The position numbers and the translations under genes are program-made. This document shows positions 40,878 to 50,724 of a stretch of DNA of 64,000 nt, piece by piece. The notes under the pieces are model-generated. The model made no database searches, was not told the DNA's origin, and saw nothing but the letters and a program-made list of their open reading frames with translations. This DNA is from an uncultured bacterium. Its GTDB lineage: Bacteria; Desulfobacterota; GWC2-55-46. Location: assembly GCA_905339405.1 (NCBI GenBank), contig CAJPGC010000011.1, positions 7,588 to 71,587 of the forward strand, read 5' to 3'. Position 1 is the first letter of the stretch; each line of letters opens with the position of its first letter.

Positions 40878-42167
40878 CTAACCCCTGCTGTGGACGATTG
40901 CCCCGCCCTTTATGGTCTTCACGCAGACGCCTTTCAATTCTTTGCCAAGCCAGGGCGAGTTCTTTGACTTCGACTTGAGCTTGCCCGGCTCGACAATCCA
41001 TTTCTTCTCAAGGTCGAAAATGGCGATATCCGCCGGTGTGCCCACAGAGAGCCTGCCGCCTTCGAGCTTGAAGGCCCTGGCTGGCCCATTGCTCATTGCG
41101 CGAACCACCTCAGTGAGGGTCAGCGCTCCTTCTTCGACCAGTCCGTAGAGGACCGAAAAAGCCGTCTCGAGGCCTATGATGCCGTTTGCGGCCTTGTCGA
41201 ACTCGACGTCTTTTTCGATCGACGCGTGGGGCGCATGGTCGGTGGCTATGCAGTCTATCGTGCCGTCCTTAAGGCCCGCGCGGAGCGCCTCGACGTCTTC
41301 CCTGGCCCTCAACGGCGGGTTCATCTTGGCGTTTGTACTGTAGCCGGCGACAGCTTCGTCGGTAAGCGCCAGATGGTGCGGGGTGGCCTCGGCCGTGACC
41401 TTAACTCCCCTTGCTTTCGCGGCCCTTATGAGCTCGACCGCGCCTCTCGTGGAGACGTGGGCCACATGAAGTCGGCATCCGGTAAGTTCTGCCAGAGAGA
41501 TGTCCCTCGCGACCATCGTGTCCTCGGCCGCGTTAGGTATGCCCTTGAGGCCCAGCCTTGTGGCGACAAACCCTTCGTTCATCGATCCCTGCCCGACGAG
41601 GCATTTGTCCTCGGCGTGCGTTATGACCGGCATATTAAAAGAATTCGAATACTCCAGGGCCCTTCTCATAAGGCCGGGGTCCACAACAGGCACGCCGTCG
41701 TCAGAGACGGCAACGCACCCGGCGGCTCTGAGCTCGCCCATCTCCGTGAGTTTCTCGCCCTTTTGCCCCTGCGTCACAGCTCCGACCGGGTAGACCTTCA
41801 CGGGCTGGCCTTCGGCCCTCTTCAAGATGAACTTCGTGACAGACTCATTGTCGTTCACGGGCCTCGTGTTGGCCATGCACATGACGCCAGTGAAGCCGCC
41901 AGCGGCAGCCGCTTTCGAGCCTGTCTCTATGTCTTCCTTGTACTCGTACCCCGGCTCGCGCAGGTGCACGTGCGCGTCAATAAACCCCGGCACAACGAGG
42001 AGCCCGGAGGCGTCGACGACGTCAACACCCTCGCCAACCTCGGAGGTATCGGCCTCTGCCTTCTTTATCGAGGCCACCCGCCCGCCCATGACGTAGATGT
42101 TATAGAACCCGTCCAGGTTCTGCGCCGGGTCGACTACGCGGCCGCCTTTAATAACAAGCCTGTTCAT
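40878..42167 (-). CDS. pyrC: Dihydroorotase (type I)
   Basis: DAHVHLREPG, HAED, HVAHVST, KMNPPLR, IATDHAPH. Confidence 0.96.
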   Translation of the reverse strand: MNRLVIKGGRVVDPAQNLDGFYNIYVMGGRVASIKKAEADTSEVGEGVDVVDASGLLVVPGFIDAHVHLREPGYEYKEDIETGSKAAAAGGFTGVMCMANTRPVNDNESVTKFILKRAEGQPVKVYPVGAVTQGQKGEKLTEMGELRAAGCVAVSDDGVPVVDPGLMRRALEYSNSFNMPVITHAEDKCLVGQGSMNEGFVATRLGLKGIPNAAEDTMVARDISLAELTGCRLHVAHVSTRGAVELIRAAKARGVKVTAEATPHHLALTDEAVAGYSTNAKMNPPLRAREDVEALRAGLKDGTIDCIATDHAPHASIEKDVEFDKAANGIIGLETAFSVLYGLVEEGALTLTEVVRAMSNGPARAFKLEGGRLSVGTPADIAIFDLEKKWIVEPGKLKSKSKNSPWLGKELKGVCVKTIKGGAIVHSRG

Positions 42168-42178
42168 AAATACCTTTC

Positions 42179-43114
42179 CTAAGCCTGCTCTTCCTTTGCC
42201 GCCCCAAGCAGCAGGTAGAATATTGCCATCCTTACGGCGACCCCGTTGGTGACCTGGTCGAGAATGAGCGAATACCGGCCGTCGGCCACTTCAGATGATA
42301 TCTCCACGCCCCTGTTGATCGGGCCTGGGTGGAGAATGATGACGTCCTCTTTCGCCTTCCTGAGCTTTCTTTCGTCGAGGCCGTAGAACCTCGAGTACTC
42401 CCTTACCGTCGGGAAGAACGACTCGCTCTGGCGCTCCATCTGTATCCTCAGCATCATCACAACGTCGGCCCCTGAGATGGCCTCTTCCACGTTCGAAGTG
42501 ACCTTGCAGCCGAGCTTTTCCATGCCTATCGGCAGCATGGTAGGCGGGCCCGCGACGGTAACTGAAGAGCCCATCTTCGTGAAGCCGTATATGTTCGACC
42601 TTGCCACCCTGGAGTGGGCGATGTCGCCGATTATCGCGATTTTAAGCCCCTCGAGAGTGCCCTTCCGTTCCTTCACGGTCAGCATATCGAGGAGCGCCTG
42701 GCTCGGGTGCTCGTGGCTGCCGTCCCCGGCGTTCACTACAGAGCAGCCGACGTACCCGGCGAGCATGTGCGGCGTGCCAGAGGAGGCGTGACGGACGACG
42801 ATGCAGTCGGGCCTCATAGCCTCGAGGTTCCTCGCTGTATCGCGCAGTGTCTCGCCCTTTACGACAGAGCTTGTGGAAACCGAGATGTTAACGGCGTCCG
42901 CGCTCATGCGCTTGGCCGCTATCTCGAAGGAGGTCCTGGTCCTCGTGGAAGGCTCGTAGAAGAGGTTTATGACCGTCTTTCCCCTGAGCGTGGGGACCTT
43001 CTTTATCTCCCTTTCCGAGACCTCCTTGAAAGAGGCCGCGGTCGAAAGTATGAGCTCGAGTTCTTCCCTGCTTAGCTCCTCTATGCCGAGGAGGTCCTTT
43101 CTTTTAAGCCGCAT
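42179..43114 (-). CDS. pyrB: Aspartate carbamoyltransferase
   Basis: [35 protein letters not shown]. Confidence 0.97.
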   Translation of the reverse strand: MRLKRKDLLGIEELSREELELILSTAASFKEVSEREIKKVPTLRGKTVINLFYEPSTRTRTSFEIAAKRMSADAVNISVSTSSVVKGETLRDTARNLEAMRPDCIVVRHASSGTPHMLAGYVGCSVVNAGDGSHEHPSQALLDMLTVKERKGTLEGLKIAIIGDIAHSRVARSNIYGFTKMGSSVTVAGPPTMLPIGMEKLGCKVTSNVEEAISGADVVMMLRIQMERQSESFFPTVREYSRFYGLDERKLRKAKEDVIILHPGPINRGVEISSEVADGRYSLILDQVTNGVAVRMAIFYLLLGAAKEEQA

Positions 43115-43133
43115 CAGCTACGTCCTTTTGCTT

Positions 43134-43718
<585 letters not shown>

Positions 43719-43751
43719 GAAGTTTTTTCAGAATGGCGCTTCAATCATCTA

Positions 43752-43788
43752 CCCCGTTTTTAATCTCTCAGGATTAAATTAAATGGGA
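43752..43788 (-). promoter_or_regulatory. PyrR-binding RNA hairpin (anti-antiterminator)
   Basis: UUUAA-UU-UAAUCC-UGAGAG-AUUA resembles the established PyrR binding loop (UUUAA...ARUCCNGNGAGGYU). Confidence 0.75.
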
Positions 43789-43801
43789 GTTCTGTTAAGT
43801 T

Positions 43802-44188
43802 TTAAAGGACCCTGCCCTTTTCCTTGAGCGGTCCATTTACGTCTATGTGGTATACGAGTTCTCGGCTGTACCGGTCAAAAAAATCGAGGGTGACCGTGTA
43901 ATCGACAATGATCCTTATGTCGTCGCTGCCCCGGTATATCTGGAGCTCCTGCGGGGAGAGCTCTATCGACCAGGAAGCCGCCTTGCCTGTTATGCGTTTG
44001 GCCAGGACCTCGTCGGTGTACATGTGGGCCACCCTGACCTCTTCCTCCACTTCGGTCTTCAGCATGTAAAAACCGGCGTAAGGAGGGACGAACATGTACG
44101 CCGCGTAAATGCCGGCGGACAGGAACAAAATCCAGAATAAGGCCCTTAATCTGATGAAACCGGCCCCTGTAGCGCGTCTGTCGTTCAC
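43802..44188 (-). CDS. DUF4845-like single-TM protein
   Basis: GAG-F-x-L pilin-like N-terminus, TM helix, IIVDYTVTLDFF. Confidence 0.65.
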   Translation of the reverse strand: MNDRRATGAGFIRLRALFWILFLSAGIYAAYMFVPPYAGFYMLKTEVEEEVRVAHMYTDEVLAKRITGKAASWSIELSPQELQIYRGSDDIRIIVDYTVTLDFFDRYSRELVYHIDVNGPLKEKGRVL

Positions 44189-44239
44189 TGAAACCTACAT
44201 ATACAACGGTTGGAGCGGCGTAGTCAATACAATTCTTGC

Positions 44240-45604
44240 TCAATCGGCCTGAAAAGCCGCCGTCTCGATAGCGTCCCTGAACGGGGACTCGTGTATGCGC
44301 CCGCCCCTGCCCACGCATACGTACTCGAAGCCGAACTTCTTGACGTTCGCCGGGTCGTAGATGTTGCGGAGGTCGATTATCCTGGGGCTTTTCAGCAGGC
44401 CCTTGAGCCTGCCGAGGTCGAGCTTCCTGAACTGGTTCCATTCCGTGAGGATGAGGAGCGCGTCAGACCCGTCAGCAACCTCATAGGCGTCAGAGCAGAA
44501 CTTTACAGGCCCTGACATCGCCTTCCCGGCGTTCTCCATGGCGGCCGGGTCGTAGGCCTTTATGGACGCGCCCTGGGCCATGAGCATATTCGCTATGTCG
44601 ATTGCCGGGGACTCCCTTATGTCGTCGGTATTGGGCTTGAACGCAAGCCCCAGCACGCCTATCTGGGTGCCCTTGAGCTCGCCCGTGAGTCCCTTTATCT
44701 TCTCGAGCATCCTCTCGCGCTGATCATGGTTGACCTCCACTACCGCCTCGACTATCTTGAAGACGTAGTCGTGGTCTCTGGCGATCCTGGTTATGGCCAT
44801 CGTGTCCTTGGGAAAGCAACTGCCGCCGTAGCCTGGGCCAGCGTGAAGGAACTTCGAGCCTATCCTGTTGTCGAGGCCCATGCCCTTGGCGACCATGTGG
44901 ACGTCGGCGCCGACCCTTTCGCAGATGGTGGCGACCTCGTTGATAAACGATATCTTCGTGGCCAGGAACGCATTCGAGGCGTACTTGATGAGCTCGGAAG
45001 TCTCTATGTCGGTTATGACGAAGGGCGTCTCTATGAGGTACAACGGCGAGTACAGGTCCTTCATTATCGCTATCGCCTGCTCGCTCCTGGCGCCGAGCAC
45101 GACCCTGTTGGGCCTCATGAAGTCCTCGACAGCCGAGCCTTCGCGGAGGAACTCGGGGTTTGAGACCACGTCGAACTTATGGTCCTCGCCCTGCTCCTTG
45201 TCTATTATGCTCTCTATGAGCTTGCCTGTGCCGACCGGCACTGTGCTCTTGGTGACGATGACCTTGTAGCCGTTGAGGTTCCTGGCTATTGTCCTTGCTA
45301 CTTCTTCTATGTAGCTGAGGTCGGCGGAGCCGTCCTCCCTGGGGGGCGTGCCCACGGCTATGAAGATGACGAGGGATTTCTTGATCGACTCGCTCAAGTC
45401 GGTGGTAAAAGTCAGCCTGCCCTCGTTTATGTTCTTGTCGACTATCTCCTTCAATCCGGGCTCGTAAATGGGTATCTCGCCCCTGTTGAGCATCTCTATT
45501 TTTGAAGTGTCCTTGTCAACGCAACTGACGTTCACGCCGAAGTCGGCGAAGCACGTGCCAGTGACAAGTCCGACGTAACCGGTGCCGATAACGCAGATAT
45601 TCAT
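44240..45604 (-). CDS. ugd: UDP-glucose 6-dehydrogenase
   Basis: IGTGYVGL, IYEPGL, SNPEFLREG, GYGGSCFPKD, LAFKPNTDDIRES. Confidence 0.95.
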   Translation of the reverse strand: MNICVIGTGYVGLVTGTCFADFGVNVSCVDKDTSKIEMLNRGEIPIYEPGLKEIVDKNINEGRLTFTTDLSESIKKSLVIFIAVGTPPREDGSADLSYIEEVARTIARNLNGYKVIVTKSTVPVGTGKLIESIIDKEQGEDHKFDVVSNPEFLREGSAVEDFMRPNRVVLGARSEQAIAIMKDLYSPLYLIETPFVITDIETSELIKYASNAFLATKISFINEVATICERVGADVHMVAKGMGLDNRIGSKFLHAGPGYGGSCFPKDTMAITRIARDHDYVFKIVEAVVEVNHDQRERMLEKIKGLTGELKGTQIGVLGLAFKPNTDDIRESPAIDIANMLMAQGASIKAYDPAAMENAGKAMSGPVKFCSDAYEVADGSDALLILTEWNQFRKLDLGRLKGLLKSPRIIDLRNIYDPANVKKFGFEYVCVGRGGRIHESPFRDAIETAAFQAD

Positions 45605-45707
45605 GATTGCAGGGTCCTCCAGGTCTTGAAGTATAAAAGGTATTATCGCTGAAACCGGTGAAAACCTTGAGTTTTTATGGGGAGTTTATGAAACTCAGGC
45701 GTACATC

Positions 45708-45736
45708 AGTATAAACGCGCTCTCAACGGGTGTCAA
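45708..45736 (-). promoter_or_regulatory. sigma70 promoter of ugd
   Basis: TTGACA-17-TATACT, near consensus. Confidence 0.8.
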
Positions 45737-45785
45737 GGAAGATAAAAGGCGTAAGGCTCTTTAATTGAAAGGTTTTTCGGCTGGC

Positions 45786-45824
45786 AAAATGAAGCAGGCA
45801 TCGCCTTGAGGAGGCTTTGCCTGC
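45786..45824 (-). terminator. Probable terminator downstream of the radical SAM gene
   Basis: GCAGGCA..GCCT/AGGC..TGCCTGC hairpin followed by TTCATTTT on the minus strand. Confidence 0.5.
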
Positions 45825-45942
45825 AGGAGGAGGTGTTGCGGGGCGGTAGACGCGGGTTGGTCGACGGCGGCTTGCGGAAGGGGCGTAAAAGCGGAATACC
45901 GGAAAGGACCCCTGCTGGCGCTAACTGAAGCCGTTAAAAAGC

Positions 45943-46815
45943 TCAGAGGTTGCAGACGCCTCTGTGCGTGAAGACCTCTGAGGGGCAATAATACTCCCCT
46001 GCTTTCCTTATGGCCGCCCTGAAGCCGAGCGAGCGGCCGTTAGGCCACTTTCTCACACCAAGAAGCCCCCTGCACGGGGCCACATCCCCGGACGGGGAGA
46101 TGACAAAGGAGCGCTCTTCTGAGAGGCACTCATCGACGCCGGTGAAAACAGAGGCGGCAAACGGGCCGCTGAGAGCGGCCCCCTTTCTTTTCAGCACAGA
46201 AAGGTACCTGAGAGCGCCTTCGAGCTCGACGTTGTCCGGGCGGATGGAGCTGAAGCGGGAATTGCCTGCTGAATGGCCGTCTCTCGGAAGCCTCCTGAAC
46301 CGCACGCTGAGGCCGATGGAGGAGCAGTCGGCCAGCATTGCGGGCAGAGCGCTGATGTTCGCCTTCGTAAGGACGATGCTCGCCTCGACGTTCAGCCCGG
46401 CTTTTTTGGCTGTTTCGGCGGCTTTGAGAGACCTTTCATAAAGAGGCTCCCGTTCTGTGGGCCCGTCATCCCAGAAAAGCCTTATAGAAAGGCGGCCTAC
46501 GCAGGCGAGCTCCCGAAGGTACTCTTCCACCAGGACGCCGTTCGTGCTGAGTGCCGTCGCCATGCCCTGCCCGGCGCAGTGGGCCAGCAGCTCTCCGATG
46601 TCCGCCCTCGTAAGCGGCTCACCACCCTCAAAGGTAATGAGGGCCGTGCCGAGGCCCTTGAGCTCGATTGCCATCGCCTTTACTTCAGCGGTCGACAGCT
46701 CTTCTTCCCTGAACCTGCATATGTCGCAGTGCTCGCATACCAGATTGCAGATGTAAGTCGATATGAAACTGACGGAGACCGGAAGCCTGTCGCACCAGAA
46801 GCACGAACGTTCCAT
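45943..46815 (-). CDS. Radical SAM protein with partial SPASM/twitch-like C-terminus
   Basis: CNLVCEHC (CxxxCxxC), FEGGEPL, STNG, VISPSGDVAPC. Confidence 0.85.
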   Translation of the reverse strand: MERSCFWCDRLPVSVSFISTYICNLVCEHCDICRFREEELSTAEVKAMAIELKGLGTALITFEGGEPLTRADIGELLAHCAGQGMATALSTNGVLVEEYLRELACVGRLSIRLFWDDGPTEREPLYERSLKAAETAKKAGLNVEASIVLTKANISALPAMLADCSSIGLSVRFRRLPRDGHSAGNSRFSSIRPDNVELEGALRYLSVLKRKGAALSGPFAASVFTGVDECLSEERSFVISPSGDVAPCRGLLGVRKWPNGRSLGFRAAIRKAGEYYCPSEVFTHRGVCNL

Positions 46816-46887
46816 ACACCTCCCAGGCCGGGAATTGCGATAAACCAGGCCGTAAAGGTCGAAACTCCGGTTTTAAAAGATGAGACG

Positions 46888-46912
46888 AAACAGGGCCGCG
46901 GGGACGGCCCTG
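46888..46912 (-). terminator. Possible terminator after spoVG
   Basis: CAGGGCCG-6-CGGCCCTG hairpin, weak U-tract. Confidence 0.4.
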
Positions 46913-46963
46913 GCATGGTTTTCCGCCGCCCTCTTTGAAAGCAGGGCCGGCAGCATCAGCGGC

Positions 46964-47257
46964 TCAGACTGCGGCGCGCTGCGCGGGGTCTGCCTTGAGC
47001 TCGGACTGCATCTTCCTGAACTCGACAAGGACCTGGTCTTCGAGGTTCTGCCTGGTGGGCTTGTCAAGGGGATGGACGAGGTCTCTGTAGGTGCCGTCCT
47101 TCATTTTCTTGGCGGGCATTGCTACGAAGTAGCCGGTAGTGCCTTTTATAATCTTCATGTCCCTGATAACGAAACAGTCGTCGAGCTTGATGGTAACATA
47201 CGCCTTGAGCTTTTCGTCGCCGTCTACCGGAAGAACCTTGATCTCAGTGATACGCAT
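46964..47257 (-). CDS. spoVG: SpoVG family nucleic-acid-binding regulator
   Basis: MRITEIKV, LKAYVTIKLDDCFVIRDMKII, FVAMP, YRDLVHP. Confidence 0.92.
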   Translation of the reverse strand: MRITEIKVLPVDGDEKLKAYVTIKLDDCFVIRDMKIIKGTTGYFVAMPAKKMKDGTYRDLVHPLDKPTRQNLEDQVLVEFRKMQSELKADPAQRAAV

Positions 47258-47358
47258 TCAATACCTCCTTGGGGGTTTGTTGTTTATGCAGGTTCCGCAT
47301 GGCCGGCCTAATACCGGATAGATGAAAGGCCGTCTGTTTTCGTTTCATTTATTTGTAT

Positions 47359-47375
47359 TGCAACGAAAGTGCCAA
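47359..47375 (-). promoter_or_regulatory. sigma54 (-24/-12) promoter upstream of spoVG
   Basis: TTGGCACTTTCGTTGCA = GG-N10-GC consensus. Confidence 0.8.
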
Positions 47376-47437
47376 CGCTTCTGTTAAAAAAATGTTTATA
47401 AAAATCAAGAAGATGAAAACCAAGCCTTACCTTCATA

Positions 47438-47486
47438 TGTGCATCAGAAGCACAATTCTTTGTGCGTAACGCACATGGAATTGTGC
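47438..47486. promoter_or_regulatory. Tandem palindromic sites (candidate enhancer-binding-protein UAS)
   Basis: GCACA-N6-TGTGC at 47450-47465 and 47471-47486 (21-bp period) plus a half site at 47438. Confidence 0.6.
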
Positions 47487-47609
47487 ATTACGTTCTACGC
47501 GCCAGCTTTCAGCCCAAAAATTTGAGAGCAGGTTTCACACACTGTCCAAAGAGCTGCCTGAAGCCATATGAAAACGCCAGTGAATGCAGGTGAAAAAGCG
47601 CATAATCCG

Positions 47610-47639
47610 TTGACTTTCACCTCGGACTTGCATTAATCT
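47610..47639 (+). promoter_or_regulatory. Leaderless sigma70 promoter of purM
   Basis: TTGACT-18-TAATCT, 6 nt before ATG 47646, no SD. Confidence 0.55.
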
Positions 47640-47645
47640 ACCGGC

Positions 47646-48704
47646 ATGAAAAAACTTACATACTCTGACGCAGGCGTTAACATCGACGAGGGGAACAGGC
47701 TCGTCGGGCTCATAAAACCGGCGGTGCGCTCGAGCTATCGAAAAGAAGTTCTGGGCGACATAGGCGGTTTCGGGGCGTTGTTCTCCGGAAGGTTCAAGGG
47801 GCTCAAAGACCCGGTGCTCGTGTCTTCCACCGACGGCGTGGGCACCAAGCTCGTCGTGGCTTTCATGGCCGACAGGCATGACACGGTCGGAGTAGACCTG
47901 GTGGCGATGTCAGTAAACGACATCCTCGTGAGCGGAGCCGAGCCGCTTTTCTTCCTCGACTACTTCGCCACAGGCAAGCTAGAAGCGGCGAAGGCGGCCC
48001 AGGTTGTAAAAGGCATCGCAAAAGGCTGCAAGGATGCGGGCTGCGCCCTCATAGGCGGCGAGACTGCCGAGATGCCCGGCCTGTACAAGCCGGGTGAATA
48101 CGACCTGGCGGGCTTCGCAGTGGGCGTGGTCGACAGGAAGAAGATAATCGACGGCTCGAAGGTCAAGCCGGGGGACTCCATAATAGGCCTGCCCTCCACG
48201 GGCCTTCACAGCAACGGCTACTCCCTTGCCAGAAAGATAGTATTCGACGTAATGGGCCTCAAGCTCTCCGACAGGCCGGAAGGCCTCGGGAAAAGTGTTG
48301 AGGAAGCCCTCATCTCCCCCACGAAGATATACGTAAAACCAGTCCTTGCCCTCAGGAAGGAGGTCGACGTCCTCGGCATGGCCCACATAACAGGCGGCGG
48401 CTTCACCGACAACATACCCCGCGTGCTCCCGAAGGGCGTGAAGGCGGTCATCGAGAAAGGCTCATGGCCCCTGCCCCCGATATTCAGCCTCCTCAAAAAA
48501 GGAGGCAAGCTAGAAGACGCTGAGATGCTTCGCACGTTCAACTGCGGCATCGGCCTCGTAATGGTAGTCAGGGCGAAGGACAAGGACAAGACGCTCAAGA
48601 AGCTCAAGGCTTTAAAGCAGAAGGCCTATGTAGTGGGCGAGATAAAGAGCCGCAAGGGAAGCGAGCCCCAGGTGGAGTTCACAGGCCGGGAGAATCTGGC
48701 ATAA
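47646..48704 (+). CDS. purM: Phosphoribosylformylglycinamidine cyclo-ligase
   Basis: LTYSDAGV, STDGVGTK, GGETAEMPG, HSNGYS, AHITGGG, TFNCGIG. Confidence 0.97.
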   Translation: MKKLTYSDAGVNIDEGNRLVGLIKPAVRSSYRKEVLGDIGGFGALFSGRFKGLKDPVLVSSTDGVGTKLVVAFMADRHDTVGVDLVAMSVNDILVSGAEPLFFLDYFATGKLEAAKAAQVVKGIAKGCKDAGCALIGGETAEMPGLYKPGEYDLAGFAVGVVDRKKIIDGSKVKPGDSIIGLPSTGLHSNGYSLARKIVFDVMGLKLSDRPEGLGKSVEEALISPTKIYVKPVLALRKEVDVLGMAHITGGGFTDNIPRVLPKGVKAVIEKGSWPLPPIFSLLKKGGKLEDAEMLRTFNCGIGLVMVVRAKDKDKTLKKLKALKQKAYVVGEIKSRKGSEPQVEFTGRENLA

Positions 48705-49357
48705 TGGTCAATATAGGCGTCCTGGTCTCAGGAAGCGGCACAAACCTGCAGTCGATAATAGACGCGGTCGAAAATGGCAGCCTCTCCGCTTCTATCAAGG
48801 TCGTCATAAGCAACAAGGCTGACGCCTTCGCCCTCGAGAGGGCGAAAAAGCACGGCATAGAGACGGTTGTCGTGAGGGTCAAGGACTTCCCATCGCGGGA
48901 GCTGTTCGACGCGGAGGTCTTACGGCTCTTAAAAGAGCGCGGGGTCGAGCTGGTGGTGCTGGCCGGGTTCATGCGCCTCATCTCAAGCGTCCTCCTCGAA
49001 GGCTTCCCGATGAGGATAATAAACATCCACCCCTCCCTACTCCCGTCCTTCCCGGGGCTCGAAGTGCAAAAAGCCGCTCTCGATTACGGCGTCAAGTTCT
49101 CAGGCTGCACAGTCCACTTCGTCGACGGCGGGCTCGACAGCGGCCCCATAATCATACAGGCCGTCGTCCCGGTAAAAGACGAGGACACAATCGAATCACT
49201 TCAAAAGAGGATCCTGGCCGAAGAGCACAGGATTTACCCGCAGGCCATACAGCTTTTCTCGGAAGGCAGGATTCAAGTCAGGGGCAGACGGGTCTTCGTG
49301 AGAGACAGCCAGGCCCCGGAAAAGGCCGTAGAGAACCCGAAAGTCACCATCCTTTAA
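48704..49357 (+). CDS. purN: Phosphoribosylglycinamide formyltransferase
   Basis: VSGSGTNLQ, LAGFMR, INIHPSLLP, DSGPII, AEEH. Confidence 0.97.
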   Translation: MVNIGVLVSGSGTNLQSIIDAVENGSLSASIKVVISNKADAFALERAKKHGIETVVVRVKDFPSRELFDAEVLRLLKERGVELVVLAGFMRLISSVLLEGFPMRIINIHPSLLPSFPGLEVQKAALDYGVKFSGCTVHFVDGGLDSGPIIIQAVVPVKDEDTIESLQKRILAEEHRIYPQAIQLFSEGRIQVRGRRVFVRDSQAPEKAVENPKVTIL

Positions 49358-49367
49358 AATTTTGAAA

Positions 49368-49503
49368 CTGTAAAAAAATTAGATATTTTTTCTGAGGTCG
49401 AGACAGGGTGGAAATAAAAAGCGGAGCATATATATAAATATGTGAGCATTTTTATTTTCGCCCCAACGAAGAGATCAGGAAAAATGGCAATTTTTTAAAC
49501 AAT
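49368..49503. repeat. About 135-bp AT-rich palindromic MITE/REP-like element
   Basis: Inner arms GGGTGGAAATAAAAA (49406-20)/TTTTTATTTTCGCCC (49449-63), 13/15 complementary; imperfect outer arms CTGTAAAAAAATT...TTTTTTCTGA / TCAGGAAAAAT...AATTTTTTAAACAA. Confidence 0.55.
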
Positions 49504-49939
49504 GTATAATGGCCCGGTAATAGTCAGCGCCTGTCTCTTGGGGCTCCGCACCAGGTATGACGGCAAGGACGCCTTCAGCATGGAGGCAATGACCCTGCTC
49601 GAAGGCAGGGCCGTCGTACCGGTCTGCCCTGAGCAGCTCGGCGGCCTCCCGACGCCCAGGCCAAAGGCAGCCATAACGTCCGGCAGCGGGGCGGACGTGC
49701 TCGACGGGGGCGCTGACGTACTGGACGAGAACGGGACCGACGTTACGGAGAAGTTCATGAAGGGCGCAATGGACACCCTGCAGATAGCGCGCCTCTCAGG
49801 GGCCAGGGAAGCGTACCTGAAAGAGAAGAGCCCTTCGTGCGGCTCAACGCTCATTTGCCGCGCTGGCGCGTGCGTAAAGGGCATGGGCGTGACGGCTGCC
49901 CTTCTGTTGAAAGAGGGGCTTAGCGTCAAGGGGTTCTGA
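49502..49939 (+). CDS. DUF523 (2-thiouracil desulfurase-like) protein
   Basis: VSACLLG..RYDG, VCPEQLGGLPTPR, LKEKSPSCG, GMGVTA. Confidence 0.88.
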   Translation: MYNGPVIVSACLLGLRTRYDGKDAFSMEAMTLLEGRAVVPVCPEQLGGLPTPRPKAAITSGSGADVLDGGADVLDENGTDVTEKFMKGAMDTLQIARLSGAREAYLKEKSPSCGSTLICRAGACVKGMGVTAALLLKEGLSVKGF

Positions 49940-49984
49940 CGGGTCTATCCTGATGCTGCGGAAAAATTCGAGCGGAGGCTGTTA

Positions 49985-50656
49985 ATGAAGATCACCTGGC
50001 AGGGCCACTCTTGCTTCATCGTGGAAGCCGAAGGAAAAAGCGTAATCATCGACCCGTTTCTCAACGGGAACCCGACCGCTAAAATAAAGCCCTCTGACGT
50101 GCGGGTCGACGCCGTCCTTGTGACCCACGGCCACGGCGACCACCTCGGGGACGCGGTGGAGATATCGAAAAAGAACGGCGCGCCTGTCATTGGGACCTTC
50201 GAGCTCGTGAACTATTGCACCGCCAAAGGCGCCTCCGGACACGCCATGCACATAGGCGGCAGCTACCGCTTCCCGTTCGGCAGGGTCAAGCTCACGATAG
50301 CCCACCACGGCTCTTCAGCCGACGCCGGAGCCCTCGGAAACCCGTGCGGCTTCATAATCAACATGGGCGGCAAGTCGGTCTACCACGCCGGTGACACCGG
50401 CCTCTTTTCGGACATGGCGCTCATCGGGGAGACCAACAATATAGACGTCGCCATGCTCCCCATCGGCGACAACTTCACCATGGGGATCGAAGACGCCGTG
50501 CTGGCGGTGGGGTTCCTGAAGCCCAGGGCGGTCATCCCGATGCACTACAACACCTTCGATATGATAAAACAGGACCCGGAAGTCTTCAGGAAGAGCCTCC
50601 CCAGGGGGGATGTGAAGGTCGAGATAATGAAGCCGGGCGAAAGCATAGATATATAA
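49985..50656 (+). CDS. Metal-dependent hydrolase, MBL fold (UPF0173)
   Basis: WQGHSCF, IDPFLNGNP, THGHGDH, YHAGDT, LPIGDNFTM, IPMHYNTF. Confidence 0.9.
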   Translation: MKITWQGHSCFIVEAEGKSVIIDPFLNGNPTAKIKPSDVRVDAVLVTHGHGDHLGDAVEISKKNGAPVIGTFELVNYCTAKGASGHAMHIGGSYRFPFGRVKLTIAHHGSSADAGALGNPCGFIINMGGKSVYHAGDTGLFSDMALIGETNNIDVAMLPIGDNFTMGIEDAVLAVGFLKPRAVIPMHYNTFDMIKQDPEVFRKSLPRGDVKVEIMKPGESIDI

Positions 50657-50670
50657 AAGAGATGGTATAG

Positions 50671-50704
50671 AAAAGGCGGCCCCACTGGGCCGCCTTTTTT
50701 ATTT
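50671..50704. terminator. Bidirectional intrinsic terminator
   Basis: AAAAGGCGGCCC-CACT-GGGCCGCCTTTT with T-tracts, between convergent genes. Confidence 0.8.
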
Positions 50705-50724
50705 AACCGGCTCAATGCCGCAGC

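Noticed and set aside
45842-45849. GGCGGTAG ops/JUMPstart-like octamer near ugd
   Set aside because: On the + strand, opposite to ugd and upstream of its promoter; no JUMPstart context
45825-45942. Purine-rich stretch after the radical SAM gene as a small ORF, RiPP precursor or sRNA
   Set aside because: No RBS or start with a plausible peptide and no recognisable RNA family; best explained as a 3' UTR before a terminator
46964-47257. Sporulation capacity implied by spoVG
   Set aside because: SpoVG occurs in many non-sporulating bacteria; no other spo genes; the organism looks diderm
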